From Promethearchaeota archaeon (GTDB taxonomy: Archaea > Asgardarchaeota > Lokiarchaeia > Sigyniarchaeales > SOKP01): a stretch of DNA of 64,000 nt. A program made the position numbers and the translations under genes. Below, piece after piece: positions 18,995-28,964 of the stretch. The notes beneath the pieces are model-generated. The model searched no databases. It was not told where the DNA came from and saw nothing but the letters and a program-made list of their open reading frames with translations. The stretch spans positions 15,817 to 79,816 of the forward strand of contig JBHLON010000013.1 in assembly GCA_048940445.1 (NCBI GenBank), written 5' to 3'. Each line of letters begins with the position of its first letter. Position 1 is the stretch's first letter.

Positions 18995-20617
18995 ATGGAT
19001 GAGAATGAAAAATTCGAAATGATAGTTCACAGAGGGTTGGAGGAGTACTTTAAGCGAAATCCTAGAATTGCTGTCAAATTTGGAAAAGAAGAATATGAAA
19101 AAGTTGTGGAATCAGGAACTAAAGAACACATCGAAGAGAATCTTAGGTGGTTTAGTCACTGGATTGATGAACTTAAAGAATTAGACGGTGAAAAATTAGA
19201 CTTTGAAAACCAAATCTCACTAAGAGCAATGGAATATTATCATAATATCAATTTATTCATGCATGAAGAGTTTCCCTTATGGAAGAAAGTCCCTAATGGA
19301 TTAGAATATATTCAAGAGATCATTTATCTTTTATTTCAACGAAAAGGAGTTACTATCGATGTAGCAGAAGCTATTATTGTCCATTTAAATCAATTATCTA
19401 AATATTTAGAGGAATTTCAGTCGCGTTTTGATGGAACTCCCATTCCGAAAATATGGCGAGATCTAGCTTTAGAACAGGTACAATTAGCCCCTAAGTCTCT
19501 AAAAACTATTGTCGATAGTTTCAATGAAACAGCTGATATAAATAAATCTCTTAAAGACAATCTTTTGAAGGTTTTGAAGAATATTGAACCAATAATTCAA
19601 ACCCATGTTGAATGGATAAAGAATCTACCCGTGGATAATGATGAATTTGCCTGGGCTTTAGGACCTGAAAAATTTGATAAACTATTGAGTTTACGGAAAC
19701 TTCCTTGTGATAAGAATACACTCTTGAAAAAAGGGAGCGAGATCTTTAATTCTTCATTTAAAAATATAAAGAAAGTTCTCAAACAGATCTATCCTACTAA
19801 TACTTTTAATGAGGCAGTTGAACTTTTTTTTAAGGAAGATTTAGTCCCTACCTTTCAACAAGTGCTTGAGTATACTCGAAATGAAGCAGAACGAGCGAAG
19901 ACATTTATAAAGTCCCATAACCTTGTTACTGTCCCTGAAGAAAAGTTGATTATAGTTGAAACGCCTTCTCATCTTATTCCAATAATCCTTCTTGCCGCTT
20001 ACGAGCCAATACCTTACTTTGGTAAAGATCAACCAGGTATATTTATGATCTCTCCTACACAAGAAGAAAAACACTCTTATACATTTATATCATATTGGAT
20101 GGTTCATGAAGCATATCCTGGACATCATCTGGATTTTGCTTGTAATAATGCTTTTGCTCCTCTTATCAGATTGTTAGGGTTTGCTTATGAAACAGTAGAA
20201 GGATGGGCTCATTATTGTGAGGAAATGATGTTAAAGCAAGGATTTTATAAAGATCCTATTAAAACTCAGCAACTAGTTTTAGGAATCCAGTTGCAAGAAT
20301 CAATGAAAATCATGTTAGACATCCAATTGCACTGTAAGCAACAATCAATAACAGAAGCCATCAAGGTGATGATAAATATATTAGCAATGGAAGAAAAAGT
20401 AGCTAAGGCAGCGATATTAGACTTTACACTAACCCCTGCTTATCGATTGTCATATCTCTTTGGAAAGCTCCTTATCGAAGACTTACAGCAAGATCTTAAG
20501 AAAAAGATGGGAAGCAAATTTAGCTTAAAATTTTTTCATGACACTATTCTTAGAAGTGGGGACTTACCTTATTGTTTATTAAAAGAATATTTTGAAGAAA
20601 AAATAAAAAATGTATAA
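18995..20617 (+). CDS. DUF885 family protein (metallopeptidase-like)
   Basis: HEAYPGHH, EGWAHYCE, SY..GK, LKFFHDTIL..G.LP motifs. Confidence 0.88.
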   Translation: MDENEKFEMIVHRGLEEYFKRNPRIAVKFGKEEYEKVVESGTKEHIEENLRWFSHWIDELKELDGEKLDFENQISLRAMEYYHNINLFMHEEFPLWKKVPNGLEYIQEIIYLLFQRKGVTIDVAEAIIVHLNQLSKYLEEFQSRFDGTPIPKIWRDLALEQVQLAPKSLKTIVDSFNETADINKSLKDNLLKVLKNIEPIIQTHVEWIKNLPVDNDEFAWALGPEKFDKLLSLRKLPCDKNTLLKKGSEIFNSSFKNIKKVLKQIYPTNTFNEAVELFFKEDLVPTFQQVLEYTRNEAERAKTFIKSHNLVTVPEEKLIIVETPSHLIPIILLAAYEPIPYFGKDQPGIFMISPTQEEKHSYTFISYWMVHEAYPGHHLDFACNNAFAPLIRLLGFAYETVEGWAHYCEEMMLKQGFYKDPIKTQQLVLGIQLQESMKIMLDIQLHCKQQSITEAIKVMINILAMEEKVAKAAILDFTLTPAYRLSYLFGKLLIEDLQQDLKKKMGSKFSLKFFHDTILRSGDLPYCLLKEYFEEKIKNV

Positions 20618-20652
20618 TTTTCTCATATTGCTTTTTACTTTAAGAAAAACTA

Positions 20653-20674
20653 TCGTGAAACCAAACTTTCACGA
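20653..20674. terminator. Perfect 8-6-8 inverted repeat between convergent genes
   Basis: TCGTGAAA-ccaaac-TTTCACGA between the DUF885 and TFS stop codons. Confidence 0.35.
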
Positions 20675-20702
20675 ATCTAGGTATATATAATTTATCACTA
20701 AA

Positions 20703-21041
20703 TCAATTCTTTCTCCAAGTATGATTACATTTAAGACATTTGAAGAAAGATGTACTTGGTTCATCTGCACTTCTCATTTGCCTTTGCCAAGCCTCTGCCT
20801 GTGTATGGCCGCATTTAGGACAGATTTCATTTACTTTGATGTGAATAGAAATTTTATCTTTATCTGATAATATTACTAATTTTTTTTCTAGAGCTTTTTT
20901 CTTTTTCTGTACAATTCTTTCGGTATCATCAACATTTTTCTTTGCTTCTCTTTGATAACCACATCTGCAAAAAAGGTAATTTATTCCATTTTCAGTTTTC
21001 TTCCTTAAAAGACTTGAACAATTTGGGCAAAAATCGACCAT
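20703..21041 (-). CDS. tfs: Transcription factor S (TFS/RpoM family)
   Basis: FCPNCSSLL N-terminal ribbon; C-terminal CPKC...QMRSADEP...C..C with intact DE dyad. Confidence 0.95.
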   Translation of the reverse strand: MVDFCPNCSSLLRKKTENGINYLFCRCGYQREAKKNVDDTERIVQKKKKALEKKLVILSDKDKISIHIKVNEICPKCGHTQAEAWQRQMRSADEPSTSFFKCLKCNHTWRKN

Positions 21042-21140
21042 AATAATAGGAACTTAATTTAGTTAATTTAAATCACTAAATTATTATCTTTAAAAAATTT
21101 ATGGATTAATTATTTTAAAGATTCAGAAGTAAAGAAACTC

Positions 21141-21482
21141 CTAGATTAACTCTTTTTTAATCTCATAAATTTTCTTATAATATTCAAAATTAAGTCCATT
21201 CCTATCTTGTATAATCTCGGCTTCAATTTCTTTCTCTCCGCTTACTTTTATACTTAATTCACCAATAACATTTATTAGATCTTCTTGTTTAAACTTAAAG
21301 TCAATATCATTTATATTTACTTTAATCTCTCCTGTATCATCATCTAAAATGATTAAATTCTCATCAATTTTTTCTTTAAAATAACCTGTAACTTGAATAC
21401 GTAAATCTTCATCAGCAATATCTTTTATCATCCTTTGTTTTGCATATTGGGTATCTTTTTTTTTATATGACATATAAATCAT
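21141..21482 (-). CDS. Single OB-fold protein, RPA small-subunit-like
   Basis: IQVTG...IILDDDTGEIKV...INVIG...AEIIQD...LNFEYY pattern. Confidence 0.7.
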   Translation of the reverse strand: MIYMSYKKKDTQYAKQRMIKDIADEDLRIQVTGYFKEKIDENLIILDDDTGEIKVNINDIDFKFKQEDLINVIGELSIKVSGEKEIEAEIIQDRNGLNFEYYKKIYEIKKELI

Positions 21483-21653
21483 TAAATTTTCTAATTATAC
21501 AGATTTAAAAATTGAAGTTTACAAATAATAAGTAATTAAAAGATTAAAATTTTCTATTATTAAACCTCTAATACTGAATTTTATAAGCATTGTGGTAAAA
21601 AAGATATTAATATCAAATCATTTTAACTATTAAAATAAAAGAACGGATTAAAA

Positions 21654-22481
21654 ATGTCATTTTCTTTAAAATTAGATGATAGTCGGATTTTAAAAGGAAT
21701 TATTGAAACATTTGCTAGTTTTAGCGATGAGAGTGAATTTAAAGTTAATTCAAAGGAATTTGTCATTACTTCATATGACGAGAGCATGGTTAGTTTAATA
21801 AAATTTACAATGGATAAAGATAAGTTTGATGATTATAAATGTGCTAAAGAACAAAAAATAAGTTTAAATATAGACGATCTTGATAAGATTTTAAAAAGGA
21901 GCACTGTAGATGATTCTATTGAGATTGAGTTCCAAGAAACCGATCAAAAAATAAAACTTAAAATGAAAAATAAGAACTCGAATCGAGTTCGTACATTTAG
22001 TTTATCAGTATTAGGAACAACAAGAGAAGAAGTCTCAATCGATAAGCTACAACAAATTGAATATCTTGCAACATGGGCAATGACACCTCCAGATTTTTCT
22101 CCAGATCTGCTAGTTGAAGCTATTAAAGATGCAGAAATCTATTCAGATATTCTAAACATAAAATTAGATGATAGTAATGGATTAACATTTAATTCATCGG
22201 GTCAGATTGGTGAAATGGAATACAATATTGAAGTAAGCGATCTTCCCGAAAAAAAAATTGAAGAAACAGAAGTAGGAGCATATTCTATTTCTTTCTTAAA
22301 AAAAATTCTTAAACTTGCATCAATTACAGAAAAATTAGATATCTTCCTTAAAACTGATTATCCATTAAAAATGATATTTAATCTTTTAAATGGAGGAATA
22401 CTATACTATTTTCTTGCTCCTCGAGTCGATAAGGATGAATTTCAAGACGATGAGGATATGGATGAATTTGATGAATTCTAA
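21654..22481 (+). CDS. pcn: DNA polymerase sliding clamp PCNA
   Basis: MVSLI...F..Y.C, YSISFL, DYPL, YFLAPR; acidic tail. Confidence 0.96.
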   Translation: MSFSLKLDDSRILKGIIETFASFSDESEFKVNSKEFVITSYDESMVSLIKFTMDKDKFDDYKCAKEQKISLNIDDLDKILKRSTVDDSIEIEFQETDQKIKLKMKNKNSNRVRTFSLSVLGTTREEVSIDKLQQIEYLATWAMTPPDFSPDLLVEAIKDAEIYSDILNIKLDDSNGLTFNSSGQIGEMEYNIEVSDLPEKKIEETEVGAYSISFLKKILKLASITEKLDIFLKTDYPLKMIFNLLNGGILYYFLAPRVDKDEFQDDEDMDEFDEF

Positions 22482-22575
22482 AGTTTCTAATAATCCTCCT
22501 TACTCCTAACTTATTTAATTACAATTTTACTCAATTATTCAAATCAAAACAAATTGTACGTGAGGATTTTGAAAA

Positions 22576-23769
22576 ATGGAAGTTCTTTTGAAGTTAACAA
22601 TGGATTATCCTTGGCTTAATTCATTTGAGAACTATCATGAAGAAATGGCACAACAGGATCCAGATATTTTTATTTCCAAGGTTTTTTCAAAATCTCCTGA
22701 AATAAATTTATATGAAATGATATCGAAATTTTTTAATGCTGCCTTTGATAATCTTGAAGAGATTACAGATTTTAATCTAAGTAAAATAAGTGTAGAATTG
22801 TACTTAATCCTTAGAATCCTTTTATATATCTTTTCAGATAACAGAATTACAAATAGGGTAGCAAATCTTTATTCTAAATTAATCTATTCTGAATTAAAAA
22901 ATGAAAGCGATTATAACCTCTTTTATATCTGTCAAGACTTAAATATAAATTTGAAATATCTTGAACATGAAAGGACTTATAGAATTATTTATGACAAAAA
23001 TCAGCATGAAGAGTTAAAATCTAGATTCTTAATCCATTTCATCGATTACTTGAATCTTTCGACTAATTTGAAAGATGATTATAGAAGATTAATAAATAAC
23101 CCTTTAGAAAATGGTTATATTTACATACAAAAAGAAAAATTAGCTAGACTTTTACAAGAATATGTGAGGAACAAACTCTTAGATGTAGAAAAAGATAATA
23201 AAAAATCAATAGAAAAATTTAAAGAAAAGATGCTAACCGTTAAGGATTTTAAAGAATTATATGATAACATCTTACATTTATGGGATATGAAAAAAGAGAG
23301 TTTTGAGTATTCAATTGATTTAAAATATCAAACAGGAAAAGATTTTTTAACAAACTTCCCTCCATGCATAAAGGAAATCCTAAGTAAAGCACAAGACCAT
23401 CAAAATTTAATCCATATTGAAAGATTATTCCTTGTATTTTTTTTACATGCATTAGAATATCCTACTGAAGAGATAATCGACATCTTCTCCACTTTACCAG
23501 ACTTTAATTATGAAAAGACAAAATATCAGGTGGAATTTGCTAAGAAGAAAGGTTATGTGCCACATTCATGCTCTACATTGAAGTCTTTAAATTTATGCAT
23601 GGCTATTAAATATAAAGACGAACTATGCATAGATGGCTTTACTTCCAAAAAAGATAATATAAATAAGAAAATAACTCATCCGTTATTTTATCTTCAATAC
23701 AAACAATTTATTAGCAGTATAAAAAGTAATAAATCACAGCTTAAACGGAAAGATGAATTCAAAGACTAA
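22576..23769 (+). CDS. priL: DNA primase large subunit PriL
   Basis: RLIN..L.NGY; C-terminal Fe-S domain FPPCI...PDF...T.YQV...PHSC..L...LC...C. Confidence 0.92.
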   Translation: MEVLLKLTMDYPWLNSFENYHEEMAQQDPDIFISKVFSKSPEINLYEMISKFFNAAFDNLEEITDFNLSKISVELYLILRILLYIFSDNRITNRVANLYSKLIYSELKNESDYNLFYICQDLNINLKYLEHERTYRIIYDKNQHEELKSRFLIHFIDYLNLSTNLKDDYRRLINNPLENGYIYIQKEKLARLLQEYVRNKLLDVEKDNKKSIEKFKEKMLTVKDFKELYDNILHLWDMKKESFEYSIDLKYQTGKDFLTNFPPCIKEILSKAQDHQNLIHIERLFLVFFLHALEYPTEEIIDIFSTLPDFNYEKTKYQVEFAKKKGYVPHSCSTLKSLNLCMAIKYKDELCIDGFTSKKDNINKKITHPLFYLQYKQFISSIKSNKSQLKRKDEFKD

Positions 23770-25039
23770 AATTTTCTTAAAAAGGTTATTTCAAGCTTAT
23801 TATAAAAAATATAATACTCAAATTCCAGTTATTAGTTCTTTTAATCAACGTGAGTTTGGATTCATTCCTTGGGATAAAGAAATAATGATCCGCCATGTTG
23901 GATTTGAATCTGAAGAATTTTTACGAAATTATTTAGAGAAAGAATCTCCTAGACATGTATTTTCAAGTGGTACTCTTTATTACAAACCTGATTTCCCTGA
24001 AATGGAGTTTAAGGGGTATAAAGGTTGTGATTTAATAATTGACATTGATGCTGACCATTTTTATACACCTTGTAAAAAAGATCATGATATTTGGATTTGC
24101 AAAGAATGTGGTAAAATGGACAAAGGTACGAATGAAGATCACAAGTGTCCGGAATGTGGTTCAATAAAAATAAAGTCCTTAACATGGATATGTGATTCTT
24201 GTCTAAATATAGCAAAAAATGAAATTACAAAATTAATCTATAACTTTTTAATTCCAGATTTTGGGGTTGATATTAAACAATTAAAAATTACATTCTCAGG
24301 TCATAGGGGATATCATTTAAAAATTGAAAGTGAGAGAATTAGAAGTCTTACAAGTGAAGAAAGGAGAGAAATTTCCGACTATCTTACAGGAAATAATATC
24401 TCATTTGAAATCTTAGGTTTAAACATTAGGAGTGGTAATATTTTTGGTTTTTCAAAAGAAAGTATTGGGTGGTCTCATAAAATTTTACTTGAATTTGAAA
24501 ATCTATTATCAAAATCAGATATAGAGATTGAGCAATTTTTATCTAAAAATGAGTTTAATTCAAACCAAATTAAAAGTTTTTTAGAGTCAAAAGAATTGAT
24601 CAGAAATAATATTCTATCTCGAGAAGGAAGAGTTTGGTCTATTGAAGGCTTTCATACTTTAGAACAGTGGACCAAATTTTTAAAAGGTATCATTAAAAAT
24701 GTTGGAGTCCAAATTGATGAGCCAGTCACAATCGATACCCACCGGTTGATCAGATATCCGGGAACACTTCATGGGAAAACAGGATTTCGAGTTCAAGAAA
24801 TAGATTTAAACTATCTTAAGGATTTCAATCCCTTGAATGAACATAACGAGAATCTAGACCCAATTGTGTTTAAGGTAGATGAAAAAGTTACTCAGAAATT
24901 AGAGATCGTTGAAGAACTAGTACCTTTGACAGAAATAAAAGGAGAAAAATATGGACCCTATCAAAAAGGTGAAATTATAGATGTTCCACATCATATTGCT
25001 GTTTTTCTCTTATGTAAGGAAGTTGCGATAAAAATATAA
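23753..25039 (+). CDS. priS: DNA primase small subunit PriS
   Basis: QREFGF, DLIIDIDAD, FSGHRGYH, IDEPVTIDTHRLIRYPGTLHGKTG. Confidence 0.97.
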   Translation: MNSKTKIFLKRLFQAYYKKYNTQIPVISSFNQREFGFIPWDKEIMIRHVGFESEEFLRNYLEKESPRHVFSSGTLYYKPDFPEMEFKGYKGCDLIIDIDADHFYTPCKKDHDIWICKECGKMDKGTNEDHKCPECGSIKIKSLTWICDSCLNIAKNEITKLIYNFLIPDFGVDIKQLKITFSGHRGYHLKIESERIRSLTSEERREISDYLTGNNISFEILGLNIRSGNIFGFSKESIGWSHKILLEFENLLSKSDIEIEQFLSKNEFNSNQIKSFLESKELIRNNILSREGRVWSIEGFHTLEQWTKFLKGIIKNVGVQIDEPVTIDTHRLIRYPGTLHGKTGFRVQEIDLNYLKDFNPLNEHNENLDPIVFKVDEKVTQKLEIVEELVPLTEIKGEKYGPYQKGEIIDVPHHIAVFLLCKEVAIKI

Positions 25040-25121
25040 AGTGAATATTTTTTATTAACCTGAGGCAAAATATTCTAATGTTTTAGATATTTATTATCTA
25101 TATAATCAATATTCAAGAAAC

Positions 25122-25796
25122 ATGAATTTAAAACGGAACTATAGACAGCTTTATCAACATTGGCTTAAAGAATTTGAGGAGCCTGAGTTAACTATTTTAA
25201 ACCAAGAAATTTTTAACAATTATAAAAAATTAATAACTAATATTTCTTCCTTTCAACTCAATAAGGCTGATAACATAAAATCACAGCTTTTTAAAGATTA
25301 TAAAGTAAATTTAGATTTTCTATTTAAAGATCTATTAAAAATTAGAGAAAAGAAAATTATAAATGCGGCTTTAGCAAATAAAGATATCAATTTAGAACAT
25401 GTACTAGAATCTGAGAAACTGCTATATCAAAACTTAATAAGCACGTTCAAGGGTTATAAAAAAGTAAAAAATCTTTACTTAAGTAAAGATTATATTAAAT
25501 TACAACAAGAATCATTGGAAGAAGTGCTTGAAAGTAACTTGGTTGATGAAATTGACATAAAAGAAACAGAAAAAGTTGAACCTAATGAAGTTTCTCCAAG
25601 TAGAATAGAAAAAATTGAAGAAGAAATTAATTATAATTATACTCTAATTAGGTTCCTTAAAAAAGCAGAAGCCTTAGTGGGGATTGATCTTATAAATTAT
25701 GGACCTTTTGAGAAGAATGACATTGCTAATTTACCCTATAAAAATGCTGTGATTCTTATTAATGAAAAACTAGCAGAAAAAATAGATGTTACCTAA
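25122..25796 (+). CDS. GINS subunit (Gins15/Gins51 type)
   Basis: IREKKII..A helical A-domain; B-domain VGIDLINYGPFEKNDIANLP..NA..L; follows priS. Confidence 0.88.
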   Translation: MNLKRNYRQLYQHWLKEFEEPELTILNQEIFNNYKKLITNISSFQLNKADNIKSQLFKDYKVNLDFLFKDLLKIREKKIINAALANKDINLEHVLESEKLLYQNLISTFKGYKKVKNLYLSKDYIKLQQESLEEVLESNLVDEIDIKETEKVEPNEVSPSRIEKIEEEINYNYTLIRFLKKAEALVGIDLINYGPFEKNDIANLPYKNAVILINEKLAEKIDVT

Positions 25797-25990
25797 TCAT
25801 TTTCGTACTTTTTCTTAAATTCCTCTTTAAAATATTCGATTCGATAAGTACCATACTTATCTGTTAATGAAAATTTAGCAGGATGAGGATTTATCAGTTC
25901 TCCTCCACAATACTTACATTTAGATTCTGGATTGTGAAGGTTGTATCTATTACATTCTTTGCATTTTTTAAGATATTTCGTCATTTTCAA
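25793..25990 (-). CDS. nop10: H/ACA RNP protein Nop10
   Basis: CKEC..Y.L...CKYCG....HPAKFSLTDKYG.YR. Confidence 0.96.
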   Translation of the reverse strand: MKMTKYLKKCKECNRYNLHNPESKCKYCGGELINPHPAKFSLTDKYGTYRIEYFKEEFKKKYEND

Positions 25991-26001
25991 TTCGGGAATA
26001 C

Positions 26002-26826
26002 TTAATCTCTAATGAATTCAAAAGAGGTATTTGTATTTTTTGATCTTGCTTCTAAAATTTCAATAGCATCGGAAAGAATATTTTCAGCATCAAGATAATC
26101 TTTAGAGACTATTTCTAGTCTATAGAAAGGGGCTCCTACATAGGATAAACCTAACTTTCTCGTATCTTTAGGATTTTCTACAATCTTTTTTATTTCTAAT
26201 AATGCTTCTTTGACTTTCTCAATTCCATCTCCATCGGTGTTCATTAACTTTATTTTACCGATTATATTGACTGTAGAAATTTCAACATTTTCATCAACAA
26301 TTTTTTGAAACGCATTTTTTATATTATCAGGAACATTTTCCAAACTACTCATCACTTCCTCTCCATTTTCTTTTAATGCTTCAACTGTTTCTTGAAAATC
26401 ATTATATTGATCTATAAGTGGCCATCCAACCTTCTCATAGGCTTCATCCAAGTTAAGGTCCACATCATCATTTTCAGTTAAAATCTGTAAGAGATTGTCA
26501 AATTTTATTTTATACTTAAATTCCTTTTTCTTTTTTGAACGTTGTGCAGAATTTACTCTCCTTAATGAGCAATCAATATGACCTTTAGTTGGATCTACCC
26601 TTAAAACTCTTGCAACAACAATCTGATTAATTCTAACAAACTTTCTTATGTTTTTTATCCACCTACTTGATACTTCACTTATATGTACTAAACCTCTTGC
26701 ATTGTCTTCTGAAGGAAGCCCCTCATATTCTAATAAATCTATGTATACATATTGATCTTCAATATGATTAACTCTCCCAATTATAAATTCTCCTTCATTT
26801 GGAAATAATGACCTACTTCTAACCAT
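26002..26826 (-). CDS. eif2a: Translation initiation factor 2 alpha subunit
   Basis: S1 domain GLVHISEVSSRWIKNIR, VLRVD..KGHIDCSLRRV; YVGAPFYR. Confidence 0.97.
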   Translation of the reverse strand: MVRSRSLFPNEGEFIIGRVNHIEDQYVYIDLLEYEGLPSEDNARGLVHISEVSSRWIKNIRKFVRINQIVVARVLRVDPTKGHIDCSLRRVNSAQRSKKKKEFKYKIKFDNLLQILTENDDVDLNLDEAYEKVGWPLIDQYNDFQETVEALKENGEEVMSSLENVPDNIKNAFQKIVDENVEISTVNIIGKIKLMNTDGDGIEKVKEALLEIKKIVENPKDTRKLGLSYVGAPFYRLEIVSKDYLDAENILSDAIEILEARSKNTNTSFEFIRD

Positions 26827-27362
26827 AATTCTTATTAAAAACTTCTTTTTTTAATATAGTTACTGCAATGAACAATCCATATTTCTTTATTTTTATTATC
26901 TTTGAATCTTAAGATTTATTTTTAGTGTTAATTTCTGGACAAATATATTAGAATCTTCTTCAAAAGTGTCACCATTATACTAAACTCAGTCCTTCATAAT
27001 AAATGAACTGATAAGGCAAGAGTTATAACTCTTTGAATAGAAATTTTGATAATGATAGTGAACAAATCTTTAGATGGAAACTTATAGACTTATTTAATGA
27101 AGAAAGTAATATCTTAATATAATTAAAGCCCTATTCCATTGCGAGTTCAATTGATTGAAAGAGGTATTCTTAATATCCCCTCGTAGAATCTAAAACTCTA
27201 ACCAAAATTTATATAGAACTGGTAGTTTTGATTCCTAGAAAATTTCAAAACTAATATATTAAATTCCAATTAAAGTAAAAAAAGTAAAAGAAATTAGAAA
27301 AATTCCTTATCTACTTTTTCATAGTTTTAAGTTCGTAAATTTTTTCGTTGGTAAATATTTAT

Positions 27363-27479
27363 TTATGACGATGCCGCCAAAAAGATTAAAACTATAAATA
27401 TCGCAATCGTTATGATAACTATACTACATAACTCAAGCAAGCATGCTGTATCAAAGAATTTTTGGTCCTTTAATCGCAT
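27363..27479 (-). CDS. Putative 38-aa single-pass membrane microprotein
   Basis: MRLKDQKFFDTACLLELCSIVIITIAIFIVLIFLAASS*; AGGTGG SD 5 nt before ATG; below the ORF-track cutoff. Confidence 0.6.
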   Translation of the reverse strand: MRLKDQKFFDTACLLELCSIVIITIAIFIVLIFLAASS

Positions 27480-28314
27480 TTTTTCCACCTATTTAATTGT
27501 TAATTTTAAATTATGTTTGAACGTTTTTTAAAATTTCAATAAAAATAACAATCAAAAAATTAAGAAATAATCCTTGAAATTTTTAGAGAATCGAAAGAAT
27601 CAATTATAAAAAAAAGAAAAAACTTCGAAACAACCAAAAATCAGATAATTTCGCCCCAATTAAAGGAAAATTCGGACTTGGATATGGAGATCAAGTGATA
27701 ATTCTACAAAATTATTTGATTATTTTTAATTTTTTACTTTTCTCAATTTTAATTTCATTTCTAATCTTTTTAACATATACTGATCTTTCAATACAAGATT
27801 GTAGAAAATCATCACAACAACTCCAACTAGAGCACTTTTCCTCATTATAATTTAATGTCAAAATTAGTTTTTTATTTTATTTGTGAATTATGTTTTAAAT
27901 CTATTTTCATTCATAAATGGATTAAATAGGTATAATAAAGTAGTGTTTATGAAAGTTAAAATCTTCAGCCAGAACTTCAAAATTAATATAAAAAAAGTAT
28001 TTGATAGATTTATAAAAAATATGATTTTAATAAAATAAGCATATTCTTAGAGACTTATCTATAGCATTTCTTCCATTATCTTTTTTCAATACACTTCTTT
28101 TCTTGATTATTAGGGTATATATGACGCCAACGGTGTTGAAGGTGATATTAAATTTCAATCTTCAATAAAATTGCTTTTAGAAAAAATATAGGATAGTATA
28201 ATTCTTAAAAATGAAATTTTTGTTAACAATAAGCTATCAACGGATAGTTATGATAAGATTTATTTTCCGCGCTAATTTTTAAACAAATATATTTTCACCA
28301 ATGAGGTAATCATT

Positions 28315-28767
28315 ATGCCCAATTGGGTCATTCATAATAAATGGACCGATAAGGTAGGGATAGACCGCTTAATCGCTAATTTCGTAGATAGAAATATTGA
28401 TTATGGTACAGAATGGGCTTTTGATTGCAAAATTAAAAAACTCTTTAACGATGATGATACTATTATCTTAAGACAATTAAAATTTTTCCATTATAAAGAT
28501 TTAGAAAAGAAGTATAGCAAAGAAAATCTGTACATAAAAGCATTTTATCTACACCACCTATTAGATTTTTTCATGGAAACCCGTATAAATATTTATGACA
28601 TCCAACGAGTATTTCAAGAATTTCTAGAGAGAAAAGTTGTCATTGAATTCACAGATATAAATGAAAAAACAATTAATTTTCAAAAAGAACTTAATGAGAT
28701 TTTCGATTTATTGATGAAAAACAAGGAAGAACTGTTCATAGACCTTAGAGGAAATTCCAAAAAGTAA
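28315..28767 (+). CDS. Hypothetical protein, possibly metal-binding
   Basis: 150 aa; MPNWVIH N-terminus and HHLLD motif; GAGGT SD upstream. Confidence 0.7.
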   Translation: MPNWVIHNKWTDKVGIDRLIANFVDRNIDYGTEWAFDCKIKKLFNDDDTIILRQLKFFHYKDLEKKYSKENLYIKAFYLHHLLDFFMETRINIYDIQRVFQEFLERKVVIEFTDINEKTINFQKELNEIFDLLMKNKEELFIDLRGNSKK

Positions 28768-28964
28768 TTGAATAAAAAATACCTAATTACATACCAACTA
28801 AAAAGTTAAACCATAGTAATTCTCCTAAAATCTTCACTTAAAGTTATAGTAAAAAATATATATTGGATATCATTAAAGTAGTTATCATTTAATCTAAAAT
28901 GGTTAATATTTGAATCTATTCAAAATTAATTTAATTAATAAAAATATTAGGTAATTGATGAAAA

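Noticed and set aside
26827-28314. Replication origin call
   Set aside because: No ORB repeats recognised and no cdc6/orc1 gene in the window
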